64,000 bases of DNA from assembly GCA_044226015.1 (NCBI GenBank), contig JBGAHS010000001.1:896001-960000 (forward strand). The letters run 5' to 3'. Under the pieces are notes generated by a model. That model had not been told where the DNA came from. It worked only from the letters and a program-made list of their open reading frames with translations, and ran no database searches. Made by a program: the position numbers and the translations under genes. This document shows, in pieces, positions 58,467 through 64,000 of the stretch. The number at the start of each line of letters is the position of its first letter. Position 1 is the stretch's first letter. This stretch comes from Candidatus Obscuribacteraceae bacterium. Its GTDB lineage: Bacteria > Cyanobacteriota > Vampirovibrionia > Obscuribacterales > Obscuribacteraceae.

Positions 58467-59351
58467 TTATGGCCTGGCCGTGTACGGATCTGGCACATAG
58501 GCTATCGAGAAGGCTGTGATTTTCTCGCCGGAATTGAGTTCCAGCACGGCTCGGTGCTGCAAAGTACCCAAGTAACCTGCGAACTGATCGGCAATCTCCT
58601 GACGAACAGGAGCATCCATACCTCTTGCAGGAATGCGGAACGCCCAGTTCACGCAATAAATACAAACGTCAGCAACCTGCACCGGGTAAGTCATGTCGGA
58701 CGATACGAAAAGAGGGGAAGGAATTATCCTCGATGCACGCCATCTACCGGTTTGAGTTTTGTTGAAGTAATTTTCCACGTGCCGCACGAACTTGCGATCC
58801 AGAGATTTGTCAGTTTGGTCCATTACCAACAACCCTGTATCGTCCATTTGATCCAACAGTTGAAAATACCGCTCAAATAGAAAAACGATGTCCTTCCTGA
58901 GGAAATCTTGTGCAGTAAAGTTCGCTGGCTTTTGAATACCGCGAGGTATTGCTACTGCAAACACTCTTGCATCATGACCGATCAGCAGTCGAAAAATACC
59001 ATGCACCATTTCTATACTAGATTGCCCGTATGCCGTGAATGAATCCCTGTGGGGAGTCTGACCTTGCGCATTGTCGTTGAGAAATCTGAGAGCGGCCTTG
59101 CGCCTTGCGACGGGCTCCATTAGCGGACTCTGAGCGGCCCATTTGAACCGTTTCTTATTCAGTAGTTTTTCACCTTTGATTTCGCTGCCATATGTATGCA
59201 GCGCGTCACCGAAGCAGGATTGTTCTAAGTCCCGTATTGCTTGAATAAATGCCCATAGTTTTTCAGCATGAATGGCTATCCCGCCATGAATTTCATAAGG
59301 CAAGTTTCTGTGATCGTGTCCGCTTTCGTCGAGAAAAAGCAAAAATGACAT
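58467..59351 (-). CDS. DUF3800 domain protein
   Basis: N-terminal LFLDESG, EIKG, LVMD and C-terminal VQVADVC acidic motifs typical of DUF3800. Confidence 0.88.
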   Translation of the reverse strand: MSFLLFLDESGHDHRNLPYEIHGGIAIHAEKLWAFIQAIRDLEQSCFGDALHTYGSEIKGEKLLNKKRFKWAAQSPLMEPVARRKAALRFLNDNAQGQTPHRDSFTAYGQSSIEMVHGIFRLLIGHDARVFAVAIPRGIQKPANFTAQDFLRKDIVFLFERYFQLLDQMDDTGLLVMDQTDKSLDRKFVRHVENYFNKTQTGRWRASRIIPSPLFVSSDMTYPVQVADVCIYCVNWAFRIPARGMDAPVRQEIADQFAGYLGTLQHRAVLELNSGEKITAFSIAYVPDPYTARP

Positions 59352-59419
59352 TTGATCTCTCCAAACCTCGACATATTATTGCACTTGTCTGAATGTGCTT
59401 CAGGTTATAGGACCCCCAA

Positions 59420-59671
59420 ATGGGACAATGGTACGAAGAACAACGTGCTGCTCTAGAGCAGGTCAAATGCGAGCTCATGGACACAGGTCTCTTTGGAGCG
59501 ATTGAGTATTTGGATGGCTGGTGCCCAATTCAGGCAGAAGGACGATTGAAAAATGGATGTTGGTTGTGGTGGAGTCGGTCGAGGGAGCCGGATATCTTGA
59601 AGCATCAAAAGTTAAAGCTCTATTTTTGCGTTGGATACACCAACTTTAGAACGAGGTCGACAAGGAAGTGA
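59420..59671 (+). CDS. Small hypothetical protein, possibly a truncated remnant
   Basis: 83 aa; GWCPIQAEG..KNG looks like a conserved motif but the following sequence looks non-homologous; stop overlaps the next start (GTGA). Confidence 0.4.
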   Translation: MGQWYEEQRAALEQVKCELMDTGLFGAIEYLDGWCPIQAEGRLKNGCWLWWSRSREPDILKHQKLKLYFCVGYTNFRTRSTRK

Positions 59672-60654
59672 ATGAAGGAGACTTGCAAGGTTGGGCGATT
59701 CCCGGACTTACGTTCGTAAAAATTTCTGGCGCTGATGGTTCGAAAGGGGCTGCGCAGGAAGAATCTGAAACTGGTAAGTCGTGCGCCAATCATAAAAACT
59801 TGAGCGAGGCGTCTAAGAGAATTTATTTAATGGGTGATGCTTTATTTGCCTTGAACTGTCAAAGAGCGCATGTTGCTTTTCTGATGCTCGGAAACACCGC
59901 TAGTCTCAGTTACTTCATGGGGATGGCACTACAGCCGATACCGCAAGGACTAGGCGAAAACGACGTTTCTGAAATCTGTTATAACCTTCAGAAATCAATC
60001 TTGCATAGCGCTTACAGCAAAGTTGATATTCATACTCGTGCCTACTCAGCAGAGACTGTAAGAGGTATGATGGAACCGTTGGCAAACAATGTTGGTATTG
60101 CTACAGGTTTTACCCCGGTGAAAAATAGATCCGAGGAGTCAAGCGTGCCTGGGCTAATACAAAGCATCGCCAGCGGTATGAATGGGCTTGAATTTGGTAT
60201 GTTAGTGCTTGCCTCTCCGTTGACTTCAAGCGTGCTCAAACAAGAAGAGTTCATCGTTCCCGAGCAGCCTCAAAATGGCGAACGAGACAAAGACGAAGAC
60301 GAAGAAAACAATCTTAGCGTCAATAAATACCTGGATTCGCAGGCGGCTAATCTAAAGCATAAGTTAGAGCAAATTCGAGGCAATTGGCTTGTTGGCGTTT
60401 ATTTTTTCGCGCCAAGGGAATATGCTTTTGTTCGATTAATGAGTTTAGTCAAGGCAACTCTTGCTGAGGAAGAATCGCACCCTGGGGCATTGCGTATTCA
60501 CGTGGTCAGGGGACTGAAAAAGTACATGCTGGAATTTGCACTGCTACGAAATTTGCCCCCTTCTACTGGGAATAACAATAGCTCTAAATTCAAACTCTTA
60601 ACTCTAATGAGTTCCAACAGTTTCGCCACCTTTATAGGTCGACCTTTTCTCTAA
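59668..60654 (+). CDS. Hypothetical protein resembling the N-terminal region of HerA/VirB4-like ATPases, with no P-loop
   Basis: 328-aa ORF; FGMLVLASP and GNWLVGVYFFA segments; no Walker A. Confidence 0.5.
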   Translation: MNEGDLQGWAIPGLTFVKISGADGSKGAAQEESETGKSCANHKNLSEASKRIYLMGDALFALNCQRAHVAFLMLGNTASLSYFMGMALQPIPQGLGENDVSEICYNLQKSILHSAYSKVDIHTRAYSAETVRGMMEPLANNVGIATGFTPVKNRSEESSVPGLIQSIASGMNGLEFGMLVLASPLTSSVLKQEEFIVPEQPQNGERDKDEDEENNLSVNKYLDSQAANLKHKLEQIRGNWLVGVYFFAPREYAFVRLMSLVKATLAEEESHPGALRIHVVRGLKKYMLEFALLRNLPPSTGNNNSSKFKLLTLMSSNSFATFIGRPFL

Positions 60655-60763
60655 AATGATTTGGAGCACAAAGTTGAAACGAGTTTTGGGTTGCGGCACT
60701 AGTTCCTGTTACGCCAGATTTTACGCTTGGTGTATTCGTTCGCGGACGGAAAGAGATCCGCTG

Positions 60764-61303
60764 TTACAGCTCTGTGCTTGACTGGCGAAACTTTTCTATT
60801 GGCGGCAGCTTATCGCTTATGCGGTTGATGGTATCTGCCAATTCGTCAGCTTCCTTTTCTCTACCCTTCTCACGCAAGAGTTCAGAATATTCGTTCAAGC
60901 ATTTTAGCCAAATATGTTTGTCAGCAGAGAATAGGAACACTGTGTCTGCTTCTTCATAGAGTTTGGAGGCTTTCTGAAAACAATCAAGCGCTGTCTCTGG
61001 CTTATTGAGGCGTCGAGCGCACTGCCCCAATCGGGTTAGCGCCTCTGCCATATCACTCTTATGATCACTGTCCTGCTCTGCTGTTTTGAGAGCTTTTGTG
61101 AAAATCAGTTCCGCTAGTCCATACTGTTTTGATTCCATGGCAGTTTCGCCCAATCCTAAGAACACTCCCAGTACCACTGGTGAGTTGCCTGGTGAATCAA
61201 GGAGCTTCCAACAAAGTAAGCCACACCCGCAAAACAAAAGCAGCACCGCTGAGAGAATTGAAGCAACAATTATTTTCTTGGACTTCAATCGAATGCTCCA
61301 CAC
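60764..61303 (-). CDS. Membrane-anchored TPR protein
   Basis: N-terminal TM helix; TPR-like AEALTRLGQCARRLNKPETALDCFQKA. Confidence 0.7.
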   Translation of the reverse strand: MWSIRLKSKKIIVASILSAVLLLFCGCGLLCWKLLDSPGNSPVVLGVFLGLGETAMESKQYGLAELIFTKALKTAEQDSDHKSDMAEALTRLGQCARRLNKPETALDCFQKASKLYEEADTVFLFSADKHIWLKCLNEYSELLREKGREKEADELADTINRISDKLPPIEKFRQSSTEL

Positions 61304-61348
61304 GCAACGGCTCTTCAGTTTACTACTGTACTCGAGTTTTTAGGAAAG

Positions 61349-62341
61349 CTAACCTAGACCGAATAGGTAGAGTGGAATTTCTCCGAATTCATCCTTTGAT
61401 TTCTCATAGTCTGCCGCCCCCGATTCATCGAAACCGCAGGCTGTCCAAGCCTTAGAACGATAATAAAAGTCGGTCTTAGTTTGGGCCTCTGTTTCCGTCA
61501 TCTGTTTGAGAAGTGCCTTCCGTTCGGAGTCCTTCTTCATCTCGCCCAGGCACTCTGAATGCACCCACATTGCTCGAATTGAAATAGGACGGTTCTTTTG
61601 TATCTCGTTCAGCATTGATATAGCTTGCTCATACAAGTAGGCGTCCATTCGGATCCAAACTGCATCTAGCAGCTCATCTATCTCTTGTTCTTGTTCGGAG
61701 ATAGCTTGTGGATTCTTTTTTTCGTATCTCATTTGAGAGAAAAAATCCTCCCTTTCGTCAGATTCTGAATTCGCAGAAGTCGTCAGGTTTGATAAAAGGG
61801 AATCTTTTGATGGTACCAAAAAATCTGGCGCGCCCACTTTACTTGGCACTCTTCCTGTTGAAAATCCTGTCAGCAAAGCAAATATAGATGTGGGAATTGA
61901 GAAAAACATGTCCCATCGCGATTCTTCATTCTGGGAGTAATAATGCTTGCTAATGGCTTCCTTCACAGGTGCGAAAATTTCAGGTGGAGAGCCTTTTACT
62001 TGAAGGTCGGTCGGTGACTTGTAAAAGTGGTGATTCATTTGCCAAACTAGCCTCTGTTCGCTCCATGCGCTGGCTGATGAGTAGTTGCTAGAATTGCAAC
62101 TTTCAAGTCGCATTATTTCAGCACTCTCAGACGCTGAACAGAGTAACTCGTCGGATGCTGTTGGACCGTATTTGTTAAACTGCAGAATATACCACCCTGG
62201 TCTCATGTAAAAGCCCTGGATAACGTCCTTGAATGTCCCAGTTCTGTTACCGTCTTCTGCACACAGCTCAAGACCTAATCTACTCCAGGCTTCTTCCTTC
62301 GAAATTCCTCTCGCTGCAAGAACGTCAGAATTAAACCCCAT
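61349..62341 (-). CDS. Hypothetical protein with C-terminal TPR-like helices
   Basis: 330-aa ORF with GAGG RBS; C-terminal DFYYRSKAW...AADYEKS. Confidence 0.6.
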   Translation of the reverse strand: MGFNSDVLAARGISKEEAWSRLGLELCAEDGNRTGTFKDVIQGFYMRPGWYILQFNKYGPTASDELLCSASESAEIMRLESCNSSNYSSASAWSEQRLVWQMNHHFYKSPTDLQVKGSPPEIFAPVKEAISKHYYSQNEESRWDMFFSIPTSIFALLTGFSTGRVPSKVGAPDFLVPSKDSLLSNLTTSANSESDEREDFFSQMRYEKKNPQAISEQEQEIDELLDAVWIRMDAYLYEQAISMLNEIQKNRPISIRAMWVHSECLGEMKKDSERKALLKQMTETEAQTKTDFYYRSKAWTACGFDESGAADYEKSKDEFGEIPLYLFGLG

Positions 62342-62460
62342 ATTTCATTCCTCGCAGTATCTTCTGCATAGGCTAAGCTGTTTGCCTGAATGATTTTTGA
62401 AATGGCACTGTTCTAATGGATGGAACTGCTACAGCTGTATTTCTGAGCCGTTAGTCGCAG

Positions 62461-63810
62461 CTAGTCAACACTTGCAGGAATTTCAGCAAAGACTGCGCGC
62501 TTGACGGTGGTTAGCTCCCAGGCTCTCAATGGAATGTAAACCGCCAGTGCCATTAGCCATGCTTGCAAGCTCGGGATTCCAATTGCAAAACTTGATGTAC
62601 CTGGAACAATACCTGTTGTGAGAATGCCTAGCAAAGCGCCGCTAGTCCAGGCTATTGAGGCTGAATATTTTGCGCTCGGAAGAACTTCGTTCAACCCGTG
62701 TTTGCGTCGGAATATGAACCATTCAGCTGTAAGAAGTATAGTTGCTGTCGGCAGCAGCACCGCATTTAGTGCGCAGATTGATTCGAGCGCGCTCACCGCG
62801 CGTGAGAATGCTAGTCCTCCGGCGGCAACTGCAGCCAGGCATGATACTGTAAATACAACCTTACGATGAGACATTTTACAGAAGCTCTCGAAAGCGTGCG
62901 CGAAAGCATAAAGATTGGAGTCATTTGCCGCGAAATACTGGCAGCCTATGAAAAGCAGTGAAAGAATGCTGAGTCCGCCAAAGGTGAACTTGTTCAAATA
63001 GGCTGTTGCTGCTGCTGATTCAGTGATACCAGTTTGTGAAGCAATTAGCCAACCGGTTATCGGAAAAATGATTTGCCCGATGAAAAGCGCAGCGCCCAAT
63101 GCAAGACCTATGTCTAGCGGCTTGGCTTTTCCGTGGCGCCAGTAATCAGCTTCATTGCCCCAGATTGCAAAGCCTATAACGAATTGCGAAACCGTGCAGA
63201 ATGCCATTGAAAACGGTACCATATCTTGTGAATGTGCCAAGCTTGCGGGTACAGTCGGTGCAATCTTGCAAAACATGAATATAATCCAGCCGATGACAGC
63301 TGGTGCTCCTACAAATTTTGCGAAGTTCGCTATTCCCTTGAAACCGAAAAAGTTATTCAAAGCCATTGCGAAACTAAATGCCATCGCCAGCAGTGGCAGG
63401 TATTGTTTGCCACCGCACAGACTGCTGTATGCGTCTGCCATCAGGAAGGCGGCGACAGCATACCAGCCCATGAAAAGCACCATCAGGCAGATACTCATTT
63501 TTGAGGAAAATGATTCGCCAAAAAAGTGGTTGCAGAGTTGTTTGAAGGAAAGCCCTGTCTTTATTGCGATGCTACAAATGGGAATGGAATAGAGTAACAA
63601 CAGTCCAAGACTGATGAATAATGAAGCGAGAACTTGTGTAAACGACAGTCTTTGTCTGTACCATTCAAAACCAATTAGCACCGACGGAAATGACGACACC
63701 ATCGTGACCCAGAGCAGGCTCATAGTTACAGGACCTCGCCGCTCATGAGTGCTTGCAGTACAGCCTTCTTGTGATATTGGTCTTGATGTTTTTACCGCAG
63801 TTGTTGTCAT
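62461..63810 (-). CDS. Purine/cytosine permease-like transporter (NCS1/CodB family)
   Basis: About 12 TM segments; HERR at the N-terminus, FFGFKGI, ADYWRH, NDSNLY. Confidence 0.78.
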   Translation of the reverse strand: MTTTAVKTSRPISQEGCTASTHERRGPVTMSLLWVTMVSSFPSVLIGFEWYRQRLSFTQVLASLFISLGLLLLYSIPICSIAIKTGLSFKQLCNHFFGESFSSKMSICLMVLFMGWYAVAAFLMADAYSSLCGGKQYLPLLAMAFSFAMALNNFFGFKGIANFAKFVGAPAVIGWIIFMFCKIAPTVPASLAHSQDMVPFSMAFCTVSQFVIGFAIWGNEADYWRHGKAKPLDIGLALGAALFIGQIIFPITGWLIASQTGITESAAATAYLNKFTFGGLSILSLLFIGCQYFAANDSNLYAFAHAFESFCKMSHRKVVFTVSCLAAVAAGGLAFSRAVSALESICALNAVLLPTATILLTAEWFIFRRKHGLNEVLPSAKYSASIAWTSGALLGILTTGIVPGTSSFAIGIPSLQAWLMALAVYIPLRAWELTTVKRAVFAEIPASVD

Positions 63811-64000
63811 TTAATCTCTCCATAACAGCTAGAAAATAAGCTGGTGGAGGACTTGCTGGCAATCGTGGTTCTACGATGCTCTACAAAATGCTGAATATGC
63901 TTGCCGGTGGATGCTGCCGAGATCTCTTCAGGATTGGTTTGGTGGAGTCTATAGCAAGATTTCCGGAATGTTTTTGCTTGGACCTTGAGCAATTCCGCTC

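Noticed and set aside
63811..64000. Purine or other riboswitch upstream of the NCS1 permease, and the 61-aa ORF
   Set aside because: No riboswitch consensus recognised and the region is cut by the window edge; the ORF has no support

Overview
A gene-dense 64-kb bacterial chromosomal segment. The many TPR proteins, a eukaryote-like Ser/Thr kinase, an SLH protein, AddAB and an MGDG-synthase-like GT28 suggest, by inference only, a non-photosynthetic Cyanobacteriota relative such as Melainabacteria/Obscuribacterales. Recognisable housekeeping genes are cysK (partial), addB-addA, paaI, uppS, mutS, glpK, pcp, the yqeG, yqeY and TIGR01777 families, and tRNA-Leu(CAA). Accessory modules are a SWIM-finger/DUF6493-like pair, an MBOAT-SGNH-GT-C surface acylation operon, a secreted LRR protein behind a structured leader, and a decaying patch downstream of tRNA-Leu. 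The two best candidates for undescribed systems are (1) a DUF3800 gene facing a convergent, separately promoted, structured ~60-nt RNA (58358-59351) and (2) a three-gene operon where two paralogues of an unrecognised DW..N-repeat domain flank a DUF350 membrane protein (47963-49263). No CRISPR array, integrase, transposase or rRNA was found. Family names come from motif recognition, not database searches.
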